Assembly (NCBI GenBank): GCA_948467495.1
Contig: CAOKEO010000001.1
Location: forward strand, 5,271 to 69,270
Direction of reading: 5' to 3'
From: an uncultured Clostridium sp.
GTDB taxonomy: Bacteria > Bacillota > Clostridia > TANB77 > CAG-508
DNA: 64,000 bases
The translations under genes were made by a program, and so were the position numbers. A model generated the notes under the pieces. The model worked only from the letters and a program-made list of their open reading frames with translations, searched no databases and had not been told where the DNA came from. Shown piece after piece: positions 10,565 to 21,181 of this stretch. Numbering within the stretch: position 1 is the first letter of the stretch; the number at the start of each line of letters is the position of its first letter.

Positions 10565-11446
10565 ATGAAATCACTATGTATTAAAACAAATAATTCTGAT
10601 TTACTAAATTATCTACTAAACGAATTAAACACTATAGAACTAAAAGACATCTGTTTTTCAAAAAATGAATTTAAACAATATAAAAATATTATCATTCACT
10701 ATTCTGGGAAAGACGAAGCACAATTTTTATCCAAAATTTCCTCCATGCTTTGTTTCCTTGTAATAGACGAATTAGAAGAAACGCTATTAAAAAGACTTAT
10801 CCTGCAAAATTATTTTTATTTTGATACAAGCGAAAGAGAAAAAATTTTAGCCATCTGTTTTGATATCATGGCAGACGACTTTACTCATCTTTTTGACAAA
10901 AAATACAAAATTTTATATGATATATTTTATCCCTATTTATCATCCCATAAATCAATTGTATTAAATGGATTTATCAATTTCAGGTTAAAAGACTATTTGT
11001 CTCTTCTAGATAACATCATAAATGAAGCTGTGAATAGTTATGTAATAGAAAAAGAATATTTTGAATTTATTTCATTACTGAAATTATATATCAATTCACA
11101 AACTTATGGATGTGAACTAGTGCATATTATCTTTTCTTCCTCTGAATCCATTTTATTAGATGAAAATAAAAATTTAATTGTAGTGTCAGATGCTATTTTC
11201 AAAGCTAAATATTTAAGTGATATCAGTTTTTCTACCAATGATTATATACTAAATTCACTTCTGTCGTTACTTCCTAAAAAAATTTATATTCATCTAATCG
11301 ACGATTGTATGGACGAATTTATTAACACTTTACAATTAGTATTTGAAAATAGAGTCGATTTATGTACAGATTGTAATATCTGTAACTTATATCGATATTC
11401 TAATAAAAATTTAGATAAAAAAATTCCACATTCAGAACATCTTTAG
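10565..11446 (+). CDS. ytxC: YtxC-like putative sporulation protein.
   Basis: The length and sequence character resemble the YtxC family. I cannot confirm the family without a search. Confidence 0.45.
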   Translation: MKSLCIKTNNSDLLNYLLNELNTIELKDICFSKNEFKQYKNIIIHYSGKDEAQFLSKISSMLCFLVIDELEETLLKRLILQNYFYFDTSEREKILAICFDIMADDFTHLFDKKYKILYDIFYPYLSSHKSIVLNGFINFRLKDYLSLLDNIINEAVNSYVIEKEYFEFISLLKLYINSQTYGCELVHIIFSSSESILLDENKNLIVVSDAIFKAKYLSDISFSTNDYILNSLLSLLPKKIYIHLIDDCMDEFINTLQLVFENRVDLCTDCNICNLYRYSNKNLDKKIPHSEHL

Positions 11447-11470
11447 TCTGACATGTGGAATTTTCCTCAT

Positions 11471-12154
11471 TTAGTTAAAAGCATTAATTGCATCACTTAA
11501 TCCTGGTAACAAAACATTAAACAAGTTTTCATCTCTTACTACTTCCCATTTTCCATCTTTTTTCTCTACCATAATAGATTGATTTGATGTTACAGTTTGT
11601 ATTTGGTCATTTTTTAATTCTTCTATCAAATAATTAGACATATCCTCTTCGCTCATATTTTGCCCTGTCATCGCTACTTTTAACATCTTTTGCATAGCAT
11701 TTCCCATGATTGTTTTAAAATCTTTATTGGTAATTTCTACTTCAACTGTTGCTGTCTTTCCCTCTTCTTTTGCCTTAAGAACTTTCCAACTCAATTTATC
11801 AAAAAATAATTTTTGAGCTTCTTCATTAAAACTATCTTCTTCTGATAAATCAGATAATTTTGTATTTCCTGATTTTAAATCATTTAACATCGTTTCCACT
11901 GACTTTTTAGGAGAGTCTGACATTAAGAACATACAAGCTAATATAGCAATAATAACAACTACTGCCACTGCCACACCTATGATAACTTTATTATCTATTT
12001 TTGGCATTTCACCTTTCACCTTAGTAAATTTCTTTTTGCTATCTTTTGATGTATTTTGCTTCTTAGCCTCTTTGTTTCCGTCTGCTGACTCTCTTTTATC
12101 CGTTACCTTCTTTTCAACTTTTTCTGTTGCTTTTGCATTTTGTTTTTCTTCCAT
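11471..12154 (-). CDS. Membrane-anchored hypothetical protein.
   Basis: It has a charged Lys-rich N-terminus, a single transmembrane segment (VIIGVAVAVVVIIAILACMFL) and an extracytoplasmic domain. Confidence 0.55.
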   Translation of the reverse strand: MEEKQNAKATEKVEKKVTDKRESADGNKEAKKQNTSKDSKKKFTKVKGEMPKIDNKVIIGVAVAVVVIIAILACMFLMSDSPKKSVETMLNDLKSGNTKLSDLSEEDSFNEEAQKLFFDKLSWKVLKAKEEGKTATVEVEITNKDFKTIMGNAMQKMLKVAMTGQNMSEEDMSNYLIEELKNDQIQTVTSNQSIMVEKKDGKWEVVRDENLFNVLLPGLSDAINAFN

Positions 12155-12301
12155 AATAATCCTCCTCTATTTTGTTTTCTATAATTTGATTATATCTTAA
12201 CAAAATACATTTTGCAACATTTTTTAACATTTTTTTGTTTTATAAAGTAACTATTCAAACATTTTGTTTTTTGCAATAAAAGTTTCTATATTTTTTATGA
12301 T

Positions 12302-12334
12302 GTAACAATTCGGGGGGGACCAGCAAGATTATAG
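12302..12334 (+). repeat. RF-A repeat, 5' half only.
   Basis: GTAACAATTCGGGGGGGACCAGCAAGATTAT, truncated where it meets the gpr 3' end. Confidence 0.65.
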
Positions 12335-13288
12335 TGCTCCATTAATTCCACTTGCGACAATATCCTTCATATTTTCAATCAAATCATCAATTTCTTTTGG
12401 TGTCACAATCAAATTATAATCTTTAGGAAGCAATGCCTCTTTTATTTCCTCATAATTATTTTCTTCTTTTAAGTGATTTAGGTAATCATTTGATTTAGCC
12501 TCATTTTGTAATTTCTCGATTAATAAATCCAAGCAATCATTCACCAAAACAGCCGTCTCAACTACAGTTGGAATACCAATTGCTACTACTGGAACCCCTA
12601 ACGTATTTTGACTAATCTCACTCCTTGTATTGCCTACTCCTGCACCTGGAACAATTCCTGTATCTGACAATTGAACCGTACTGCTAATTCTTTCCATACT
12701 ACGAGAAGCTAAAGCATCAATTACAACCACCAATTTAGGATGAATATTATCTACAATTCCTTTTAAAATTTCAACTGTCTCAATTCCTGTTGTTCCCAAT
12801 ACACCTGGTGATATCGCACTTACCATTCTAGTTCCTTCTTCTACATATTGTGGTAAATACTTTATGATATGTCTGGTAACCTCTATCTCATTAATTACTT
12901 TTGGACCCAGAGCGTCTGGTGTTACATAAATATTACCAAGTCCTACTACCAAAATTTCTCCTTGACTGTCTACATGATTTCCAATGACTTGTTTTAATTC
13001 TTTTGTTAGGGTTTCAGCTGCTTTTTGTATTTCCTCCTCTTGTGCAATTTTTAGTTTTTTAATATCAATGGTAATATAGTTTCCTACTGGTTTTCCAATT
13101 GCCTTTTCTCCATTTTCATTGGTTATTTTTACTCTCTCAACTTTGATATTTTCATCTATTTCTTCTTGATTTGCCTCAATTCCATCAATTTCTTCTAATT
13201 GATTGGCTTTTTGATAGATTTCTCTTCTTTCTGATGCTAAGTCTGTTCTAAAATTAGAAACTTCCCTTATTTCTTTATTATTTAACAT
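12329..13288 (-). CDS. gpr: Germination protease (spore endopeptidase).
   Basis: GPR signature segments are present (TDLA.E, VVGLGN..VTPDALGP, SAI.PGV.G.TGIET, IDALA.RS, GVGN, GIPTVV). Confidence 0.85.
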   Translation of the reverse strand: MLNNKEIREVSNFRTDLASERREIYQKANQLEEIDGIEANQEEIDENIKVERVKITNENGEKAIGKPVGNYITIDIKKLKIAQEEEIQKAAETLTKELKQVIGNHVDSQGEILVVGLGNIYVTPDALGPKVINEIEVTRHIIKYLPQYVEEGTRMVSAISPGVLGTTGIETVEILKGIVDNIHPKLVVVIDALASRSMERISSTVQLSDTGIVPGAGVGNTRSEISQNTLGVPVVAIGIPTVVETAVLVNDCLDLLIEKLQNEAKSNDYLNHLKEENNYEEIKEALLPKDYNLIVTPKEIDDLIENMKDIVASGINGAL

Positions 13289-13579
13289 AAAAAAACCTCA
13301 CTTTCTAATATTATTGTGAGATTTTTTCATCTTTTTATGCAAAATAATTGTATCATTCTTATGCTGTTCTATCTGTTTGTTGCTGTTCTTCTCTATTGTC
13401 AACTCCTTGTCGATTTGAAAAATTAATGATTGGTGTTTGTTCCACACTAACTCTCTCTTTTAAAGACTGATTCGTTTTATTAAATCCTCTAAATTTATTA
13501 CATATTTATTCTGAATAGCTTCCTTTTCTATCTTAGCCACCATTAATAAAACTGTTTTATTAAATTTTTATTACATCTA

Positions 13580-16412
13580 TTATGATAAATATTTCTTCAA
13601 AAACTTACCAGTATAGCTTCGTTCATTGGTACAGATTTGTTCTGGTGTTCCAACAGCAACTACTTCTCCTCCATTGTCGCCACCCTCTGGACCCAAATCA
13701 ACAATATGGTCACAAGTCTTAATCAAATCCAAATTATGTTCAATCACAATAATCGTATTTCCTGTATCCACTAATCTTTGTAAAATATCCACTAATTTAT
13801 GAACATCTGCAATATGAAGACCTGTTGTTGGTTCATCTAAAATATACAGTGTTTTACCTGTTGCTCTTTTTGACAATTCTGTGGCTAGTTTTACTCTTTG
13901 TGCTTCTCCTCCTGATAATGTAGTGGATGGTTGTCCTAGTTTGATGTAACTAAGACCTACATCATATAAAGTTTGCATTTTTTGCTTAATTTTTGGAATT
14001 TTATCAAAAAATGTTAAAGCTTCTTCTACGGTCATATCTAAAACATCAGCAATAGTTTTACCTTTGTATTTAACTTCTAGCGTTTCACGGTTATAACGTT
14101 TTCCCTTACATACTTCACATGGCACATAAATATCTGGCAAGAAATGCATCTCAATTTTGTGAACTCCATCACCATTACAACTTTCACATCTTCCGCCTGC
14201 TACATTAAAGCTAAATCTTCCTTTTTGGTAGCCTCTCATTTTAGCTTCTTCTGTTTCTGCAAAAATATCACGGATTAAATCAAATACTCCTGTATAGGTT
14301 GCTGGATTAGAACGTGGTGTTCTTCCAATTGGTGATTGGTCAATATTAATGATTTTATCAATATTTTGTAAGCCTTTAACGCCCTTACATTTTCCTGGTT
14401 TTTCATTCGAACCATTTAATTCTTTGGCAACCGTTTTGTATAATACTTCATTTACTAAAGTTGATTTTCCGAGAACCAGAAACACCTGTTACACAATTAA
14501 ATACACCTAATGGAAATTTTACACTAATATTTTTTAAATTGTTTTCACTTGCTTCTTGTATTTCAATTACTTTAGTTTTGGTGTGCTTTCTTCTTTTTTT
14601 CGGTACTGCTATTTGCTTTTTACCACTTAAATATTGTCCTGTAACAGATGCTTCCACCTGTTTTATCTCCTCGGCTGTTCCCTGTGCCATCACTTGTCCA
14701 CCATGGGTTCCAGCACCTGGTCCAATATCAATAATCTGATCTGCTGCATACATGGTGTCTTCATCATGTTCCACCACTAAAAGTGTATTTCCTAAATCTC
14801 TTAACTTTTTAAGAGTAGCTAATAACTTATCATTGTCTCTTTGATGAAGTCCAATACTTGGCTCATCTAAAATATATAATACGCCTGTTAGCCCAGAACC
14901 AATTTGAGTAGCTAAACGAATTCTTTGTGCCTCTCCTCCAGACAAGCTTCCTGCATTTCTAGAAAGAGTTAAGTACTCCAAACCTACATCCATTAAAAAT
15001 TGTAATCTTTGGTCTATTTCTTTTAATATCAGTTCTGATATCATAACCTCTGTTTTGGTTAGGGTAAGTCCATTCAAATATTTCTTAATTTGATTGATTG
15101 GCATATCTGTCAATTCATTGATATTTTTATCTCCTATTTTAATCGATAATATTTCTGGTTTTAGTCTTGCTCCATGGCAAGAGTAACATGGTGAGTTACT
15201 CATATACATTTCGTAAAAATCTCTCATTCCTTGTGACTTGGTTTCATTATGACGTCTATCTAAGGTTGGAATTACGCCTTCAAATGGTGCTTTAAATTTT
15301 CGAACTCCTGCATAAGAAGAATATTCAAAATCAATTTCTTCTTCTCCTGTCCCATATAAAATTTTCTCTAAAAACCATCTTGGTAAATCTTTTATTTTTT
15401 TGTTTTTGATAGGTATATCGTAGTATTTGGCAATGCTTTCAAAATACATTTTTGCCATGGTATCTCCCTTTTTCATAGTACTAGAACCAAATGCCTTTAC
15501 CCCATCATACAAAGTTTTATTCTGATCTGGAATAATTAAATCTTCATCCATTTTCATCAAATAACCAATTCCTGTACAAGTTGGACAAGCTCCAAATGGA
15601 TTGTTAAAAGAAAACATTCTTGGTGTCAACTCTGGAAAACTAAATCCACAGTCTGGGCAAGCATAATTACAGCTATACAAAACTGGTTTTTGTCCTATTA
15701 CATCAATTAAAACCAATTTATCAGCATGTTTTAAAGCAATTTCTACCGATTCAGTTAATCGACTTACCACATCTGGTTTGATGACTAGCCTATCTACAAT
15801 CAATTCTACCTCATGCTTTTTCTTTCGATTCAAACTAATCTCATCTATTCCTAATTCATATACTTCTCCATCAATCCTGGCTCTCACAAATCCATCTTTT
15901 TGGTAGCCCTCCAATTGTTTGGTAAATTCGCCTTTTCTTCCTCTTACAACTGGTGCCAATACCTGAATTTTTGTGCCCTCTGGTAAACACATAATATTAT
16001 CAATAATCTGGTCAATACTTTGCTTTTCTATTTTTTTGTGACAATTCGGACAATAAGGAACTCCAATTCTGGCATATAACAAACGAATGTAGTCATAGAT
16101 TTCTGTTACGGTTCCAACCGTTGAACGTGGGTTTCTAGACGTCGTTTTTTGATCAATCGAAATCGCTGGTGATAAGCCATCAATCCTTTCTACCTCTGGC
16201 TTTTCCATCAATCCTAAAAATTGCCTTGCATAGGAAGACAAACTTTCTACATATCGCCTTTGTCCCTCTGCATATAAAGTATCAAATGCTAGGCTTGATT
16301 TTCCTGATCCAGAAAGTCCTGTAATAACTACTAATTTGTCTCTTGGTATTTCCAAGTTTATATTTTTTAAATTATGCTCTTTTGCTCCTTTTATGGTAAT
16401 TTTATCATTCAT
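13580..16412 (-). CDS. uvrA: Excinuclease ABC subunit A, requiring one +1 shift at CGG 14469-14471.
   Basis: There are two ABC ATPase modules and zinc-finger cysteines. The junction reads VTGVSGS-[C]-GKSTLVNEV, which restores the second Walker A (GSGKST). The start is [10 protein letters not shown], with RBS GGGGGAAGG. Confidence 0.85.
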
Positions 16413-16445
16413 AAAAACCTTCCCCCTGTTTTTCTCTTGGGACAT

Positions 16446-16675
16446 GGGGACATAGATAATGTCCCTAAATACTTAAAACTACTAACTTAATGTATTATCA
16501 TTATTTATGCAACACCGCGTAAGCGACCAAACGAGCGATAGCGAGTGCGATTGGAGCAACCTACCATCTTAAAAATCTGAAGGTTGCGACACACAAGGTG
16601 TAAAAAAATAATAGATAATACATTAAGTTAATGGCATTATTTATGAAAGGAACATTATCTACGTCCCCATATCCC
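16446..16675. repeat. RF-B element, copy 1: ~100-nt GC-rich core (16509-16608) flanked by ~55-bp imperfect inverted repeats.
   Basis: Core: GCAACACCGCGTAAGCGACCAAACGAGCGATAGCGAGTGCGATTGGAGCAACC..AAGGTTGCGACACACAAGGTGTAAAAAAA. Flanks: GGGACATAGATAATGTCCC..AACTTAATGTATTATC and the reverse GATAATACATTAAGTT..CATTATCTACGTCCCC. A second copy is at 58156-58305. Confidence 0.7.
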
Positions 16676-16722
16676 AAATCCTATTATACTATATTTCTTT
16701 TTTAAAAACAAGAGTTTGGTTT

Positions 16723-18468
16723 CATTTTCTTTTATTTTTAGTAACGATTCGTTTTACTGGATAAGAAAAGCAATTTTTATCGTCAAAAAACAAGACATTG
16801 GTATCAACTATCTTTCCATCTTTCATCTCGATAATCTTATTACACTTCTCAATTGTTGACAATCTATGAACAATCATAAAGGTAATCTTTCCGTTCTGTT
16901 ACTTGTTCCATTGCATTTTTAATTAATTCTTCATTTCCCCAACTCAAACTAGAAGTCACTTCATCCAAAATTACTACATCTGGTTCCATAGCCATAATTC
17001 TAGCAAAACTAATCATTTGTCTCTCTCCTGTAGAAAGTAAATCTGGATTTTCATAAATATTGGTTCGGTAGTCCTTTGGCAAAGACATAATCTTTTCATG
17101 CATTTTCAATTTTTTAAATATATCTACTATTTCATCCTTTGTTATTTTGGAATTGACATATTTAATATTGTCAACAATGGTATTGGGAACAATTTGTACT
17201 TCTTGCATAATATATCCAATTTTATCTCGGATGGAAGCAATACTATATTCTCTATAATCTTTTCCATTTATTCGGATTTCTCCTTGTTGTGGTTCGTACA
17301 ATCTCTCTAGTAAATTGGTAACCGTTGTTTTTCCGCTTCCTGTCTTTCCAACAAGAGCTATTTTTTCGTTTTCTGCTACTTGTAAGGAAAAATTCTTGAT
17401 ATGTTTTTGTGTATTATTATAAGAAAAAGATACTTTATGATATTCAATGCTCGTAATTTTTTCTGTCAGTTTTTCTCCCTTCTTCAAATCTTCTTCCTCT
17501 GTTTTCTCTAGCAATTCCAAAATTTTAGAATAAGCAAAAAATGACTGATTAAAATCGGTTAAATGTCCAATAAACCAGTTAAAATTAAATGCAAGCTCCC
17601 CAGAATAATCTATCATAAGCATAATTTCTGCATAAGTCATCACACCTTGCCATACATCCATTCCTCCAAAATAAATAACAGCAAGAATCGAAAAAGAAGT
17701 AATAAAAGAGAAAATGCCATTGTAAGTACTAATAACTTTTTCTAATTTTGAATTTTGGTCATTGTATTCTTCCAACTTATTTTCTAAATCTCTTATCTTT
17801 TGATTGACAATTCCTAACGTTTTAATTGCTAAAAAATTCTGAATTCCTTCATTAATACTTGTATAGATTGCCATATTCATTTTTCTAATTTCTTTTATTT
17901 TTGCCACCGTTCTACGATTAAATACTAATGTAACAAAAAAACCAATCACATATAAACTCAAGATAATAAGTCCTATTTCTAGATTAACAAACATTAGAAA
18001 AATGGCAATAATGGAAAATCGTATCAAGCCCATAACAAACATTTCTGTTGATGTAATGGGAAATAATTCTCCTGCATTTTGGGTATCATCTTGTAAAAAT
18101 TGCAAAATAAAACCTGACTCATTTTCATCAAAAAACTTTGCTTTCACCTTTTGTAACTTTTCAAATATTCTATTTCGTAAATCTCTTCTAATCCATCTGG
18201 ATAAATGACATCTCATTTTACAATGTTCTAAAACCATATAGCATTGTATTGCTAGAATAAAAATATAGATACCTACAAAAATAGCCAATCCTTGCAAATT
18301 ATGCTGTGGGATTTCAACATCTAATATCTCTTCCACAATAAAAGGAATGGTTATAATTTCTATCACAACCGTGCCTATAATCAGGACAAATAAAGCAATA
18401 AATCGATTATGATATCCCACATCTTCATACATTTTATTAAATTGTTTCCATTTATCTTTCCATCTCAT
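16723..18468 (-). CDS. ABC transporter fused permease/ATP-binding protein, requiring one +1 shift at CGG 16891-16893.
   Basis: It has a transmembrane domain and a nucleotide-binding domain with Walker A (GKTGSGKTT), a signature motif and a D-loop. Shifting at AMEQVTE-[C]-GKITFMIVHRLSTIEKCNKIIEMKDGKIVDTN restores the H-loop and C-terminus that the unshifted ORF lacks. Confidence 0.8.
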
Positions 18469-20173
18469 TTTTTATTTCCTTTTCTCTATTTTGTATTTCT
18501 AAAGTTCCCTTATCCAATTTAAAAATTTTATCTACATATTGATTAATTTCTAAATGATGCGTAATAAAAATCATTGTAGTCTGTGGATATTTTTTTATCA
18601 AATGCTGCCATATTTTATCTCTTGTTTGGTTATCTAATTTATTAAAACTATGATCAAATATCATAATTGGTTTATTTCTAAGCAAAGCTCTTACAATTAA
18701 AATTCTCTGTTTCTGTCCACCAGAAAGTTTCACTCCTTTCTCACCTACCAGAGTTTGATATCCCTCTTGCAATCGTTTCAAATCATCATAAATCTCTGCT
18801 TCTTTTACCACTTTTGTTAATTGTTTTTCTTCATACTTATTGTCTAACTGAATATTTTCCAATATCGTTCCTGTAAACAAATCTGTTTCTCCTGAAATCA
18901 AATCTATGTATTGCCTTATATTTTCTTTATTTAATTGCTTATTATTATGGTAATTCAAATAGATATTTCCTTGTATTGGATAAAATCCTAATATCGCTTT
19001 TACTAAAACACTTTTACCACTTCCATTTTCTCCTAGAATAGCTATTTTTTCTCCTTTTTTAACTTCAAAATTTAGGTTAGCTAAAATTTTCTTTTGGGAA
19101 ATCTTAACAGAAACATTATGAAAAACAATATCTCCTTGTAAATCATAAAAATAATTTTCATTCGTTTCTTCCTTTAATGCCATTAAATCTTTAATTTTTT
19201 GCTTCACCACCAAAAAATTATCTAGCACCTCCAAATTTTCTCCAAAAGTATATAAACAACCTAAAATATTACCTGCCAATAATAAAAAAGTAGCTAAAGT
19301 TCCCAATGTCATATTTCCTCTCATAATAGCAATTCCGCCTAATAAGTAAATAATAGGAGCTTTTAAATAAGTTAAATGTTCACTTAGAATTTCATAAAAT
19401 AAAATTAAATCTATAAACTTTACATCTTCTTGCGTATATTCTCTATTTAATTTTTTATATTTTTGTATTTCTTCTTTTTGTCGATTATAAATCCTAACAA
19501 ATTTAAAATGATTCATATTTGTTACAATATGTCCTAACATCTTTTTCTTTTTGTTAATCACTTTTTTCAAAATCTGATTCATTTTCTGATAATACCACAA
19601 AGCAAATGCTAACATAAGAGCAATTGTCAGCATAAGATACATTGTAATAAAACGACTCAAAAAAACGCCTCTAATTACTAAAAAAAGACCTAAAGATATA
19701 ATATCTAGTATCAAATTAAACTGAACTTTAAAGAAATTAGCATATTCTTGTGCATCATCATTTGCCCTTTGCAACATTTCTACTTTACTATAAGAATGAT
19801 AACTTGCATACTCCAGTTTTAAAATATGAGCATATAATTTTTTCTTTAAATTAGAACTAATCTTTAAAGTAAAATTAGTAGTAATTCTTTCTCTCCTATA
19901 ATTAATAAAAACAATAAGTAAATTCATCATAATAATTATAATCGTTATCACAACAAGGGCTTCTATGGTATTTATTTCTAAAACTTGTTTTAAATAATTG
20001 GGTATATTTTCTATCTTATGAAATAAGATACCATCAATGGCATAGCTAATATACATTGCTATCTGTAAATTTAAAAATGATACCATGATACTTAATATTA
20101 TTAATAAAAAAATAGATTTTCTTGACTTTATCAATACACGATTGTTTCTCATATACTTTCCTTTCAATAGCAA
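18452..20173 (-). CDS. ABC transporter fused permease/ATP-binding protein, partner of the previous gene (heterodimeric exporter).
   Basis: It has a transmembrane domain and a nucleotide-binding domain (GENGSGKS, LSGGQKQR). It overlaps the downstream gene by 17 nt. Confidence 0.8.
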   Translation of the reverse strand: MLLKGKYMRNNRVLIKSRKSIFLLIILSIMVSFLNLQIAMYISYAIDGILFHKIENIPNYLKQVLEINTIEALVVITIIIIMMNLLIVFINYRRERITTNFTLKISSNLKKKLYAHILKLEYASYHSYSKVEMLQRANDDAQEYANFFKVQFNLILDIISLGLFLVIRGVFLSRFITMYLMLTIALMLAFALWYYQKMNQILKKVINKKKKMLGHIVTNMNHFKFVRIYNRQKEEIQKYKKLNREYTQEDVKFIDLILFYEILSEHLTYLKAPIIYLLGGIAIMRGNMTLGTLATFLLLAGNILGCLYTFGENLEVLDNFLVVKQKIKDLMALKEETNENYFYDLQGDIVFHNVSVKISQKKILANLNFEVKKGEKIAILGENGSGKSVLVKAILGFYPIQGNIYLNYHNNKQLNKENIRQYIDLISGETDLFTGTILENIQLDNKYEEKQLTKVVKEAEIYDDLKRLQEGYQTLVGEKGVKLSGGQKQRILIVRALLRNKPIMIFDHSFNKLDNQTRDKIWQHLIKKYPQTTMIFITHHLEINQYVDKIFKLDKGTLEIQNREKEIKNEMER

Positions 20174-20246
20174 AAAAGCACCTTTATTAGATTATATCTC
20201 TAATAAAAGTACTTTACTTCATATTTTTGGTATCAATAATATAAAA

Positions 20247-21077
20247 TTATTGAACTGGTATGCAAATCTCACACTCATCTTCATAATAAATTTCCAATTC
20301 TCCATATTGGGAAATCAAATAATATTCTGAGCTTGGTAACCATTTACTATAAATATTATCACAAAGTTTTAGAATATTATTTTGTTCATGATTTGGTAAG
20401 CTAAAACAAGCCCATTCGCATTTTGGTAGCTTTATTTCTACCAAGTCGTCTCGTGGTGTTGTTCCCACTATATAATACTTTCCTTTTTTAGTGTACTGTT
20501 TTTTTTCAAAAATCGGATCAAAAATTCCATAATATAATTCTTTTCCCTTACTATGATTTATGAAAAAATCCATAGTTCCATCTTTTATCACTTCTTGGTA
20601 TAAATCTTGTATTGCTTTAGCATCATATTCTCCTATTACTCCTGTTGTTTTACCATAAAAGATTTGTTCTTTTCTTTCCACAATTCGGTATTTTAGTTCT
20701 TTTCTTCCTTTTATAATGGAATCAAATTCTATTTTGGGAAAAAAAATCATCTCTGTATTACTTTTTCTAAAATTTGCTGGTGATTGTCCTTGTATTTTCT
20801 TAAATGCATTAGAAAAAGACACTGGCGATTCATAATGATATTTGATAGCTATGTCAATAATTTTATGATTTGTTTTTCTTAATTCTTCTGCTGCTTTGCT
20901 TAATCTTCTCCTTCTGATGTATTCTGTTACTGTCATACCAGTTAGAAAAGTAAAAATTCTTTGCATAGCATATGCAGATGTCCCAATTACTTTTGCTAAT
21001 TCTTGATAGTCTATTTCATTTTCCAAATTCTTTTCTATGGTATCAATTAATTTGTTCAAACTATTATTATGGTTCAT
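20247..21077 (-). CDS. AraC-family transcriptional regulator with a C-terminal GyrI-like effector-binding domain.
   Basis: An N-terminal AraC HTH (QELAKVIGTSAYAMQRIF, PANFRK) is joined to a GyrI-like C-terminus. It lies upstream of the ABC exporter pair. Confidence 0.7.
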   Translation of the reverse strand: MNHNNSLNKLIDTIEKNLENEIDYQELAKVIGTSAYAMQRIFTFLTGMTVTEYIRRRRLSKAAEELRKTNHKIIDIAIKYHYESPVSFSNAFKKIQGQSPANFRKSNTEMIFFPKIEFDSIIKGRKELKYRIVERKEQIFYGKTTGVIGEYDAKAIQDLYQEVIKDGTMDFFINHSKGKELYYGIFDPIFEKKQYTKKGKYYIVGTTPRDDLVEIKLPKCEWACFSLPNHEQNNILKLCDNIYSKWLPSSEYYLISQYGELEIYYEDECEICIPVQ

Positions 21078-21149
21078 TTCAAAAATTCCCTTGCAAATTC
21101 TATCCTTTTACTTCTTATGATTAAAAATTTATAATATATTTTAAATGAT

Positions 21150-21181
21150 TGCCAAAAGGTTCGTTCCTCTTGGCAATTTTA
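21150..21181. terminator. RF-E palindromic hairpin (TTGCCAAAAGG..CCTCTTGGCAA) after fhs.
   Basis: An inverted repeat sits immediately downstream of the fhs stop. This is one member of the recurring TTGCCA..TGGCAA family. Confidence 0.5.

Noticed and set aside
16509-16608. RF-B encoding a small Arg-rich peptide (MVGCSNRTRYRSFGRLRGVA on the reverse strand).
   Set aside because: The second copy has a 1-nt indel that destroys the frame, and there is no RBS. It is more likely an RNA or DNA element.
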